A DNA stretch of 64,000 bases from an uncultured Bacilli bacterium. Its GTDB lineage: Bacteria > Bacillota_I > Bacilli_A > RFN20 > CAG-449. The notes beneath the pieces were generated by a model. That model was not told the origin of the DNA and did not search any database. It saw only the letters and a program-made list of their open reading frames with translations. Each line of letters begins with the position of its first letter. Within the stretch, counting starts at the first letter, position 1. The DNA lies in NCBI GenBank assembly GCA_947632435.1, contig CANRPC010000006.1, forward strand, positions 4,923 to 68,922, read 5' to 3'. Both the position numbers and the translations under genes were made by a program. Below are positions 17,501-27,303 of this stretch, piece after piece.

Positions 17501-20112
17501 GTCTTTAATTCCTTTTTAATTTCTTCAAGTGCTTTGTCTAAATTAGAAACATCTTTTCCTCCACCTTGAGCGATATCTTTTCTACCTCCACCGCTACCTT
17601 GAGTTAATGAAGCGATTTTTTTAATTAAATTACCTGCTTGGAATTTAGATTGGGCTAGTTCTGATACAGAACAAATATATGAAATTTTATTATCATTAAC
17701 TAAAGCAAGTAATACTACAGAAGGATTATATAATACTTTTAATGAATCAAATAAAGTTGAAAAAATATTTTTATCCATATTATCAATTCTTGTTACTAAA
17801 ACCTTTAATGAATTATAATCTAAAAAAGAATTTTTTAATGACTTAGCCTTTAAACTTGCAAGTTCATTTGTTAAAGTTATAACTTTTTGTTTTAAATTAT
17901 CATTATCTTCATTTATAAATTGAATTTTTTTGATAATATCATTTACGTTATTAACTTTAACTAATTCTGCTGCTTTATTTAAAATATTTTCCTTAGCTTT
18001 TAAAAATTGATAAGCAGAATAAGATGTTTTAGCTTCAATTCTTCTAATTCCAGAAGCAATTGAACTTTCATAAACTATTGCAAAAACTCCAAGTTCAATG
18101 GTATTTGCAACATGACAACCTGCACAAAATTCTTTTGAAACATCAGCAAAACTTACAACACGAACAAAATCACCATATTTTTCATTAAATAAAGACATTG
18201 CATTTAATTTTTTAGCTTCCTCTATTGGCATAATTTTAATAGAAGATGGAATTTCCATAGCAATATATGTATTAACTTCTTTTTCAATAGCTTTTAATTG
18301 GTCTGGAGTAATTTTTGTTTCATAATTAAAATCAAAACGTAAATAATCTTCACCTACAAAACTACCTTCTTGATGCACTTCATTTCCTAAAACAACTTGT
18401 AATGCTTTTTGTAATAAATGAGCACCTGAATGATTTTTTTGTATAGCTCTTCTTCGTTTTTGATCAATTTTTAAATTTACTACATCTTTTATTTTTAAAG
18501 ATCCAAATTTTACTTTTATAAAATGTAAATGTTGTTTATTTGGTGCTTTTATAACATTAAAAACTTCACATTCAAAATTGTCATTTTGCATTATGCCTAT
18601 ATCATTTATTTGTCCACCTGAAGTTGCATAAAAATTTGTGTTTTCTAAAATAACTTCGCCTTCATCATCTATTTCATTTACTTTTATACCATTTTTGAAT
18701 AATCCAATAACTTTGCTTGAAATATCTTGTGGATCATAAATAAATTCTGATAAAGTTTTAAATTCCATTAAATCAATAGCTTGAGAAGACATAGATTGAA
18801 GATCACTTCTAGATGCACGAGCTCTTTCTTTTTGTAAAGTCATCTCATTTTCAAAGCCTTTTGTATCAACACTAAAACCTTTTTCTAGAAGAATTTCTTG
18901 TGTTAATTCTAATGGAAAACCATATGTATCATATAATTTAAATGCGTCTTTACCTAATAATATTTTATTTTCCATCTTTTCAACAATTTTGTCTAAAATT
19001 TGCTCGCCACTTACTAATGTTTTAGCAAATTTTTCTTCTTCGTTTTTAATCATTTTCATGATTTTATTAACTTTATCTTGTAAATAAGGATAATAGTCTT
19101 TCATATTATTTGCCACTAGAGGAACTAGTGTATATAAAAATGGTTCATTAATATTTAATTTTCTTAAATATCTAACTGCACGTCTTAAAATTCTTCTTAA
19201 AACATAGCCTCTACCTTCATTTGAAAACATTGCACCATCAGCAATAGCAAACACACATGTTCTAATATGGTCTGCAATAACTTTATATGCCATTTTATTT
19301 TGACCAACATATTTCAATTTTGTATGCTTTTCAACTTCTTTTATATATGGAAAAAATAAATCTGTTTCAAAATTTGTTTCCGTTTCTTGGAAAATACAAG
19401 CAAGTCTTTCTAATCCTGCACCAGTATCAATATTTTTTCTTGGTAGTTCATTATATTCTTCTCTTTTTTTACCACTTTCAGCATTATATTGTGAAAAAAC
19501 AATATTCCATATTTCGATGTAACGATCATTATCCATATCCTCAAACATCATTTTTGGTCCTAAATGCAAAGGATCATATTTTTCTCCGCGATCAAAAAAG
19601 ATTTCAGTATTTGGGCCACATGGTCCTTCACCTATTTCCCAAAAGTTATGTTCTAAAGGAACAAGATGAGTTTCATCAATTCCTAATTTTATCCATAGTG
19701 ATTTTGTAGCTAAATCACTAGGATGATAGGTAATATAAAGCTTTTCTTTAGGAATGGCAAAATACGCTTCACTTGTTAATAATTCATATCCCCAAGTTAT
19801 TGCTTCCTCACGGAAATAATCACCAATAGAAAAATTACCTAGCATTTCAAAAAATGTATGATGACGTGCTGTTTTACCAACGTTATCTATATCATTTGTT
19901 CGAATTGATTTTTGGGCATTGGTAATGCGTGTATGTGTAGCGATTTCACTACCATCAAAATATTTTTTTAATGCTGCAACTCCTGAATTAATCCATAATA
20001 AAGTTGGATCATTATGAGGAATTAATGAAGCTCCTGGTTCAATATAATGTCCTTTTGATTTAAAAAAATCAAGCCAAATTCTACGAATTTCATTCCCTGT
20101 TAAATATTTCAT
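17494..20112 (-). CDS. alaS: Alanyl-tRNA synthetase.
   Basis: Class II AlaRS motifs throughout, with a C-terminal DHHA1-type GGGG region (GGGRKDIAQGGG). The ORF track starts at 20184. ATG 20112 (MKYLTGNEI), with a GGGAG RBS, is the likely start. Confidence 0.9.
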   Translation of the reverse strand: MKYLTGNEIRRIWLDFFKSKGHYIEPGASLIPHNDPTLLWINSGVAALKKYFDGSEIATHTRITNAQKSIRTNDIDNVGKTARHHTFFEMLGNFSIGDYFREEAITWGYELLTSEAYFAIPKEKLYITYHPSDLATKSLWIKLGIDETHLVPLEHNFWEIGEGPCGPNTEIFFDRGEKYDPLHLGPKMMFEDMDNDRYIEIWNIVFSQYNAESGKKREEYNELPRKNIDTGAGLERLACIFQETETNFETDLFFPYIKEVEKHTKLKYVGQNKMAYKVIADHIRTCVFAIADGAMFSNEGRGYVLRRILRRAVRYLRKLNINEPFLYTLVPLVANNMKDYYPYLQDKVNKIMKMIKNEEEKFAKTLVSGEQILDKIVEKMENKILLGKDAFKLYDTYGFPLELTQEILLEKGFSVDTKGFENEMTLQKERARASRSDLQSMSSQAIDLMEFKTLSEFIYDPQDISSKVIGLFKNGIKVNEIDDEGEVILENTNFYATSGGQINDIGIMQNDNFECEVFNVIKAPNKQHLHFIKVKFGSLKIKDVVNLKIDQKRRRAIQKNHSGAHLLQKALQVVLGNEVHQEGSFVGEDYLRFDFNYETKITPDQLKAIEKEVNTYIAMEIPSSIKIMPIEEAKKLNAMSLFNEKYGDFVRVVSFADVSKEFCAGCHVANTIELGVFAIVYESSIASGIRRIEAKTSYSAYQFLKAKENILNKAAELVKVNNVNDIIKKIQFINEDNDNLKQKVITLTNELASLKAKSLKNSFLDYNSLKVLVTRIDNMDKNIFSTLFDSLKVLYNPSVVLLALVNDNKISYICSVSELAQSKFQAGNLIKKIASLTQGSGGGRKDIAQGGGKDVSNLDKALEEIKKELKTW

Positions 20113-20345
20113 TTTTTTCTCCCAATAAAAAATCAAATTCAGGAACGAATTATCGCGGTACCATCCTGATTCACTTAAGTGCACTTAATTTATTTAATTT
20201 TAACGCAATTAACGAATAGTTTCCTATTAGTCTCAAAAGTGGCTCAATTATTGGGAATGGAATTATCTCACCAAACTAATTCTCTCTTAACATTACCAAA
20301 AATTTTTTTCTTTTTCATTGACTTATTAATTATATTAATAATTAA
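20113..20345 (-). ncRNA. T-box riboswitch leader of alaS.
   Basis: The minus strand carries the conserved T-box sequence AATCAGGATGGTACCGCG (plus-strand coordinates 20154-20171). A terminator helix CAGGA...TCCTG followed by a U-rich tract lies just before the RBS. A GGTGAGA stem-I element lies upstream. Confidence 0.65.
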
Positions 20346-20372
20346 TTTTTTATTCAAGTTATCTTATCTTAT

Positions 20373-21194
20373 TTAGAAAATAAAATCTAATTTATTTTTT
20401 TCATCACCTTTTAAAGTGTAATATGGTATTTTAGAATAGCAGCTTGTATATCCCCTTTTACTAAGTAAATATTTTATTGCCATCGAACGAGGATATAAAT
20501 TAATACATTCATCAATGAATTTTAAATAATTTATTAAAACAGGATTTACAAAACCAAAAGAACTTTCATAAAAATATTGTGTAATTTCTTTTTGAAAAAC
20601 AACGTAAAAATCATTTACTATACCATTTAAATTTTTTTTGATTGGATAATCAATATATTTAGTTAATGAGGTACTTAAAAATATTTTATCTAATGAAGAA
20701 ATTTTCTTTAAAAAATAAGTATCTTTTGTATTGTCATAAATACCATAAAAATTGTTTTTTGTACGCATTATATTAACAATAGTTTTATAACTTATTTTAC
20801 AATTTTCAAAACTATCATCAAGGTATAAAATAACTTTAGAGTTTAAGCATTTAAAAATCTTAAAAACATATCTTTCAAACCCTTTAGAACTTAATTTAGG
20901 ATCTTTCACTAAAGAAAGTAATACATAATCAGGCTTCATATAATTTATCGCATTTATTTCTTCTTCAATCATTAATTTATTATTCACATAGATTAAAGGT
21001 ATGGATGTAATATTTTTGATTTTCGAAAAAATTTCTATTTTTTCTTTCAAAGAAAAAGTTTCACCTTCGTTTTCTTTAGAAAAAAGCATAACTCCTTTAA
21101 CTGTTTCATCAAATTCAATTATCTTTTGCATTTGATGATAATCAACATGCATTTCTTTATTTAATAAAAGAGGAAGATTAATAATTAAATCCAT
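20373..21194 (-). CDS. Hypothetical protein, possibly a divergent DapA/NAL (class I aldolase)-like TIM-barrel protein lacking the Schiff-base lysine.
   Basis: The ORF track gives a GTG start at 21203. ATG at 21194 (MDLIINLP) has an AGGTGA RBS. The DapA-like resemblance is weak: VKGVMLF..G......EK.E and GIYDNT where GIKE would be expected. Confidence 0.4.
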   Translation of the reverse strand: MDLIINLPLLLNKEMHVDYHQMQKIIEFDETVKGVMLFSKENEGETFSLKEKIEIFSKIKNITSIPLIYVNNKLMIEEEINAINYMKPDYVLLSLVKDPKLSSKGFERYVFKIFKCLNSKVILYLDDSFENCKISYKTIVNIMRTKNNFYGIYDNTKDTYFLKKISSLDKIFLSTSLTKYIDYPIKKNLNGIVNDFYVVFQKEITQYFYESSFGFVNPVLINYLKFIDECINLYPRSMAIKYLLSKRGYTSCYSKIPYYTLKGDEKNKLDFIF

Positions 21195-21248
21195 GACATT
21201 CACCTATTTAAGATATGAAATAATAATTAAAAAGTTCTATTTTTTTTA

Positions 21249-21277
21249 TAAAAAAAAGTGATCTTGCGATCACTACA
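21249..21277 (-). terminator. Rho-independent terminator downstream of rpsU: palindrome GTGATCGCAAGATCAC followed by a T8 run on the minus strand.
   Basis: Read from the sequence. Confidence 0.55.
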
Positions 21278-21285
21278 ATATCATA

Positions 21286-21459
21286 TTAATATGATTTTCT
21301 ACGTGCCATCTCAGACTTCATTTTTCTTTTTAGTCCAGGTTTTACATAGAATTCGCGTTTACGAGCCTCAGTTAGAGTACCAGCTTTGTTAACTTGCTTT
21401 TTGAATCTGCGTAATGCTTCATCTAAAGTTTCATTCTCGCGAACGATGGTTTTTGGCAT
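21286..21459 (-). CDS. rpsU: 30S ribosomal protein S21.
   Basis: [21 protein letters not shown]...[10 protein letters not shown]...RRKSY. The start is ATG 21459, preceded by AAGGGGTGA. Confidence 0.85.
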   Translation of the reverse strand: MPKTIVRENETLDEALRRFKKQVNKAGTLTEARKREFYVKPGLKRKMKSEMARRKSY

Positions 21460-21705
21460 TAAATTCACCCCTTCTGAGCTAAGTCACTCAACATTTGCTA
21501 TTATAATTATAAAATTCTTTAAAATCAACAAATTTTTTTAAGATTGTTAACTTATTTAGTTATATTTTGACAATTTGTCGCATATAAATATTTTTTTTTA
21601 AAAATAATTTTAAAATTAATAAGTAAATATAAAATTATTGTCTTTAATTATTCTTTACTATTTTTTTAAAAATTTTTTTATTATAATATTTTCGAGGGTA
21701 AAAAA

Positions 21706-24693
21706 ATGAATTATATTCCATTAAATGTCGAAACATATTATTCATTTTTATCAAGCGCAATTAGTATAGATAAATATGTTAAAGAAGCAAAAAAATTATC
21801 TTTAAATATGCTTGGAATTTGCGACAATAATCCGTATGCATTTGGCGAATTTGCCAAAGAATGTTTAAAAAACAATATTAAGCCAATATTTGGTTCAAAA
21901 TTTAATTATCAATTTGAACATAAAAATTATGAAATATGTGTTTTTATAAAAAATGAAAATGGATATAATACATTTTGCAAAATTTATAAAGAAATAACAA
22001 ATAATTGCTATTTAGGAAATTTTGATACAACTGATGGTTTAATTTTTGTTATTGATGCATCATATATAAATCAAACAAAATTTATTGAATATCTACTTTC
22101 AAAAACAAAAAATTTATTGATAGGTTTAGGTTGTTATTGTAAAGAAGATATATTAAAAAATGAAAATTATCTTCTTAAAGCACAAAAATTAAATTTAAAA
22201 ACAATACCATTTCCTAAAATAAAAGCTATTAAAAAAAATGAAGGTTTGACATTAAAAATTTTAGAAGCAATAAAATTGGATAAAACTTTAGATTATCAAG
22301 ATGAATGCACAACACCTTATTTTTTATTATCAAGTAATAGTATTAAAAAAATATATAAAGAAGAAAGTATAAATAGCTTTGAAATATTTAATGATATTGA
22401 TTTTAATTTACTTAAAAAACGTGGAAGTTTACCTATATTTAATATTGAAAATAAAAGAAATTATATATTTAATCTGGCATATGAAAATTTAAAGAAAAAA
22501 AATTTAGATAATGAAAAATATAAAAAAAGACTTGAATACGAAATTGATATTATTGATAAAATGGGATATATTGACTATTTTTTATGTGTTAATTACTATG
22601 TAAAAAAAGCAAAAATGCAAAAAATAGTTGTTGGTCCAGGAAGAGGATCTGCCGCGGGAAGTTTATTAGCATTTGCCTTAGACATAACAATGATTGATCC
22701 CTTAAAATACAATTTGATATTCGAACGATTCTTAAATCCAGAAAGAATTACTATGCCTGATATTGATGTTGATTTTGCAGATTATCAACGCGATTTAGTA
22801 ATTAAAATTATAATTGATAAATTCCATGAATCAAAAGTTAAATCAATTATAACATTTCAAAGAATCATGGCAAAACAAGCTGTAAAAGATATTGGAAAAG
22901 TTTTTAATTACAACTCTACTGATATAAATTTAATATGTAAATCATTAAATAATTTTGATAATTTTTCAGAAGCAAAAGAAAAATCAAAAGATTTTAATAA
23001 ACTGTTAAATGAGTCTCATTATCGACAAATAATTAATTTAGCGGAAAAAATAGAAACATTTCCTCGGCAAAAAGGTCTTCATGCTGCAGGAATTATTATA
23101 AATAATATTCCTTTAAATGAAGTACTTCCAATTGTCAATGAAAATAACGCTCCTGTACCTCTTGAAAAAGATTATTTAGAGGAATTAGGATTTTTAAAAA
23201 TGGATATTCTTTCTTTAAAAAATTTATCAATTATTGAAGATATTGTGAATATTATAAAAAAAACTAATCCTAATTTCATTTTGGAAAATATTCCTTTAGA
23301 TGATTCAAAAACCTTTAATATCTTGAATAAAGGGCTTACAAAAGCAATTTTTCAATTAGAAAAAGATGGTATAACAAATGCATTAAAACAAATTCACATC
23401 GATTCTTTTAATGATATAGTTTGTGTAAATGCATTGTATCGACCAGGGCCTATGGAAAATATTCCTCTATATGCAAAAAGAAAAGCAAAAATTATTGAAA
23501 CAAGTTATATAAGTCCTATATTAGAACCAATTTTAAAAGAAACATATGGTATAATTGTATATCAAGAGCAAGTTATGGAAATTGCAAGAGCGGTTGCAAA
23601 CTTCTCATTTGCTAAAGCTGATATATTAAGAAGAGCAATTTCCAAAAAAGATGAGAAAAAATTATCATCTTTAAAAAATGAATTTATAGCTGGAGCTTGT
23701 AAAAATAATTTAACCTTGCAAGATGCCGAAAAATTATATGATTATATACTAAAATTTGGTGATTATGGATTTAACAAATCTCATAGTGTCGCGTATTCAT
23801 TATTATCGTATCAAATGGCTTATTTAAAAGCTAATTATCCTAAGGAGTTCTTCGCGGCAATATTAAATAATTCAAAAAGTTCAGAGACACGTTATTTAAA
23901 TATTTTAAATGAATTAGAATATTTTAATATAAAATTATTACCTCCATCTGTTAATAAATCAGATTATTTTTATAAAATTGAAGAAAATGGATTGCGACTA
24001 CCTTTAAGTGAAATAAAAGAAATTAATGCTACAATTGAAAAAAATATTCTAGATGAAAGAATTAATGGAAAATACACAGATTTTGTAGATTTCATTAGAC
24101 GAATTTATAATTTTCATTTTGGAGAAAAACAAATTCTTAACATCATTAATGCTGGAGCATTAGATGAATTTAACTTAACTCGAAATACTTTAAAAAAAGG
24201 ATTGTCTGGCTGTTTACTTTACGCTCAAAATTTTCCAAATATCAGCGAATTTACCGCAGATGAATTATTAGAATTAAAACCTATATTAAAAAATTATGAT
24301 GATAATATTGAAGAAAATAATGCTTTAGAATTTGATGTTTTATCAATCTTATTATCTGGTGATTTATTTGTAAAATATAAAGATTACATTAATAAAAACA
24401 ACATAAAAACTATTAGTTATGCATTAGAAAATAAAAATCAACTAGTAAAAATAATTGCAAAAGTAATAAATGTTCATGAAATAAACACCAAGAAAAACGA
24501 AAAAATGGGACTAATTTATTGTTTTGATAATTATAATCAACTTAAAATAGCTATATTTCCAAAAATTTATTTAACTATACCTAAAATAGAAAAAAATGAT
24601 AATATCATTATTATAGGAACTTTAAAAGATGATGAAAAAGGAACAAGCTTTATAGCGAACAATATTATAAAATTGGAGGATTCACATGAATAA
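21706..24693 (+). CDS. dnaE: DNA polymerase III alpha subunit (DnaE type).
   Basis: N-terminal PHP domain. Hallmark GPGRGSAAGSLLAFALDIT. The motif PDIDVDF. 995 aa. Confidence 0.9.
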   Translation: MNYIPLNVETYYSFLSSAISIDKYVKEAKKLSLNMLGICDNNPYAFGEFAKECLKNNIKPIFGSKFNYQFEHKNYEICVFIKNENGYNTFCKIYKEITNNCYLGNFDTTDGLIFVIDASYINQTKFIEYLLSKTKNLLIGLGCYCKEDILKNENYLLKAQKLNLKTIPFPKIKAIKKNEGLTLKILEAIKLDKTLDYQDECTTPYFLLSSNSIKKIYKEESINSFEIFNDIDFNLLKKRGSLPIFNIENKRNYIFNLAYENLKKKNLDNEKYKKRLEYEIDIIDKMGYIDYFLCVNYYVKKAKMQKIVVGPGRGSAAGSLLAFALDITMIDPLKYNLIFERFLNPERITMPDIDVDFADYQRDLVIKIIIDKFHESKVKSIITFQRIMAKQAVKDIGKVFNYNSTDINLICKSLNNFDNFSEAKEKSKDFNKLLNESHYRQIINLAEKIETFPRQKGLHAAGIIINNIPLNEVLPIVNENNAPVPLEKDYLEELGFLKMDILSLKNLSIIEDIVNIIKKTNPNFILENIPLDDSKTFNILNKGLTKAIFQLEKDGITNALKQIHIDSFNDIVCVNALYRPGPMENIPLYAKRKAKIIETSYISPILEPILKETYGIIVYQEQVMEIARAVANFSFAKADILRRAISKKDEKKLSSLKNEFIAGACKNNLTLQDAEKLYDYILKFGDYGFNKSHSVAYSLLSYQMAYLKANYPKEFFAAILNNSKSSETRYLNILNELEYFNIKLLPPSVNKSDYFYKIEENGLRLPLSEIKEINATIEKNILDERINGKYTDFVDFIRRIYNFHFGEKQILNIINAGALDEFNLTRNTLKKGLSGCLLYAQNFPNISEFTADELLELKPILKNYDDNIEENNALEFDVLSILLSGDLFVKYKDYINKNNIKTISYALENKNQLVKIIAKVINVHEINTKKNEKMGLIYCFDNYNQLKIAIFPKIYLTIPKIEKNDNIIIIGTLKDDEKGTSFIANNIIKLEDSHE

Positions 24694-27289
24694 AATAATA
24701 ATTATAGATGGCAATTCATTATTATTTCGTGCATATTTTGCAACATCGTTTACTGGCAATATAATGAAAACAAAAAATGGTATTCCCACAAATGCAATTT
24801 ATGCATTTTCAAATATGCTTAATAAAATTATTTCTTCATTAAAAAGTGGAGAAAAAATATTTGTATCTTTTGACACTGGTAAAAAAACGTTTAGACATCA
24901 AATTTTAGAATCATACAAAGCTCAAAGAAAACCAATAGATGAAGAATTGAAAATTCAAATTCCAATTGCTCGTGAATTATTAAAAGCAATGAATATTTTT
25001 TATTACGAACTTGAAGGATATGAAGGAGATGACATTGCTGGATCGGTTGCAAAATTAGCATCTTCAAAATCTTACAAAGTAGAAATTTACACTAGTGATA
25101 AAGATTTTTTGCAATTAATAGATGAAAATATCCAAATTAATATGATTCGTAAAGGATTAAACGAAATTGAAACTTATGATGCCAAAAAACTTTATGAAAA
25201 TATGGAATTGACACCTAGTCAAATTACTGATTATAAAGGGTTAACAGGTGATGTAAGCGATAATTTAAAAGGTATTGCTGGCATTGGTGAAAAAACGGCA
25301 ATTAAACTTTTAAAGCAATATGGTTCTTTGGAAAATATTATTGATCATATGCAAAATGAAAAATCTAAATTAGCGGAAAAAATAATTAACGATAAAGATA
25401 TGGGACTTCTATGCAAGCAACTTGCAACAATAAAAACAGATTTAAAGTTTCCTTTTACTTTGGATGATTTAGAATATCTAGGATATGATTTTAATGAATT
25501 ATCTTCATTTTTAACAAAATATGAATTCTTTTCACTTTTAAAAAAGCTTAAAGTGTCTGATAAAAGAATTACTAAAGATCGAAACGAACAAAATATTCGT
25601 AAAAATTATTGTCGAAAATTTGAAGATTTACCAGCTATACCTACTTCTTTTATTTTAGACTTAGAAGGTAATAATTATAAATCATATAAAATTAAGGGCT
25701 TTATTTTTTATTTAAAGAATGAATTTTATTATTTACCATATGATAGATATCAAAAAGATAATGAGTTAATTAATTATTTAAAAGATGAAAATAAAAAGAA
25801 AAATCTTTACGATTCAAAAGCCGTAATTATAGCTTTATTAAAAGAAAATATTATTATAAAAGGCATAGATTTTGATTTATTGCTTGCAACTTATTTATTA
25901 AATTCCTCTTTAAATAATAATCCAAGTGCAATATTTGGTTACTATGATATAAACATTTTAGAAAAAAGCAACGAATTAAGTCTTTTTGATGAAGATGAAA
26001 CTCTATTCAATATGGCTTTACATTTAGAAAAAGTTAAAGAAAAATGCTTAAATGAATTAAAAAATATCAATTGTCTAAATCTTCTTTATGACATAGAAAT
26101 ACCTCTTGCAAATGTTCTTGCAAGTATGGAATTTGAAGGCTTTCCTTTAAATAAAGAAGTATTATTGGACATAAATAAAAAATATCAAGCAAAATTAGAT
26201 GAAATAAGTGAACAAATATATGAACTAGCCGCGGATAAAACAATTAATATTCTTTCACCAAAACAAGTTGCCGATTTGTTATTTGTAAAATTAAATTTAC
26301 CATCAAATAAAAAAAATTCTACATCTATCGAAGTCTTAAATTCTATCTCTCATTTGCATCCAATAGTTCCTTTAATTATTGAGCATCGAAAATATTCAAA
26401 AATTATTTCTACATACTCTTCAGGATTATTAGATTATATTCTTGATGATAATAAAATTCATGCCTCATTTAATCAAGCATTGACATCTACTGGAAGATTA
26501 TCTTCATCAGAACCAAATTTACAAAATATTTCAATTCGTAATGAAGAAGGAAAAGAAGTGCGAAAAGCATTCTTTTACAATGAAAATAACATTTACTTGT
26601 TATCGTTAGATTACTCACAAATCGAATTAAGAATTCTAGCTTCGCTAAGTAAATGTCAAACATTGATTGATGCATTTAATAATGGGGAAGATATACATGA
26701 AGAAACAGCTAGAAAAATATTTAACATTCCTAAAGAAAATGATGTTCCTGACTCTTTAAGAAGAAAAGCAAAAACCATTAATTTTGGAATAGTTTATGGT
26801 ATATCAGACTGGGGTTTAGCGGAACAATTAGAAATATCAATCCAAGAAGCAAAGGAAATTATCAAAAGATTTAACAATCATTACCCAGAAATAAAAGAAT
26901 ATTTTGATAAAATTGTTTCCGATGCCAAAGAAAATGGATATGTAGAAACTTTATTTCATCGTAGAAGATATATTCAAGAACTATCATCATCAAATAACTA
27001 TAAAACCCGAGAATTTGGAAAACGTGCAGCGATGAACGCACCAATACAAGGTACCGCGGCCGATTTAATAAAAATTGCGATGATTAAAACATATAATGCT
27101 TTAAACGAAAAAAATTTAAAAAGCAAATTAGTTTTACAAATACATGATGAATTAATCTTAAAAGTATATGAAGATGAAAAGGATATTGTTTTTAATTTAG
27201 TAAAAGATACAATGGAAAATGCATATCAATTTGCATGTAAATTAGAAGTAGATGGATCAATTGCAAAAACGTGGTTTGATGCTAAATAA
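24686..27289 (+). CDS. polA: DNA polymerase I.
   Basis: 5'-3' exonuclease N-terminus. Pol A motifs DYSQIELRILA, RRKAKTINFGIVYG and QIHDELIL. Overlaps dnaE by 8 bp. Confidence 0.9.
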   Translation: MNKIIIIDGNSLLFRAYFATSFTGNIMKTKNGIPTNAIYAFSNMLNKIISSLKSGEKIFVSFDTGKKTFRHQILESYKAQRKPIDEELKIQIPIARELLKAMNIFYYELEGYEGDDIAGSVAKLASSKSYKVEIYTSDKDFLQLIDENIQINMIRKGLNEIETYDAKKLYENMELTPSQITDYKGLTGDVSDNLKGIAGIGEKTAIKLLKQYGSLENIIDHMQNEKSKLAEKIINDKDMGLLCKQLATIKTDLKFPFTLDDLEYLGYDFNELSSFLTKYEFFSLLKKLKVSDKRITKDRNEQNIRKNYCRKFEDLPAIPTSFILDLEGNNYKSYKIKGFIFYLKNEFYYLPYDRYQKDNELINYLKDENKKKNLYDSKAVIIALLKENIIIKGIDFDLLLATYLLNSSLNNNPSAIFGYYDINILEKSNELSLFDEDETLFNMALHLEKVKEKCLNELKNINCLNLLYDIEIPLANVLASMEFEGFPLNKEVLLDINKKYQAKLDEISEQIYELAADKTINILSPKQVADLLFVKLNLPSNKKNSTSIEVLNSISHLHPIVPLIIEHRKYSKIISTYSSGLLDYILDDNKIHASFNQALTSTGRLSSSEPNLQNISIRNEEGKEVRKAFFYNENNIYLLSLDYSQIELRILASLSKCQTLIDAFNNGEDIHEETARKIFNIPKENDVPDSLRRKAKTINFGIVYGISDWGLAEQLEISIQEAKEIIKRFNNHYPEIKEYFDKIVSDAKENGYVETLFHRRRYIQELSSSNNYKTREFGKRAAMNAPIQGTAADLIKIAMIKTYNALNEKNLKSKLVLQIHDELILKVYEDEKDIVFNLVKDTMENAYQFACKLEVDGSIAKTWFDAK

Positions 27290-27303
27290 ATGGAGTGAAA
27301 TAT

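Noticed and set aside
20179-20376. 65-aa plus-strand ORF upstream of alaS.
   Set aside because: Overlaps the T-box leader on the other strand. The hydrophobic junk translation is more parsimoniously non-coding.
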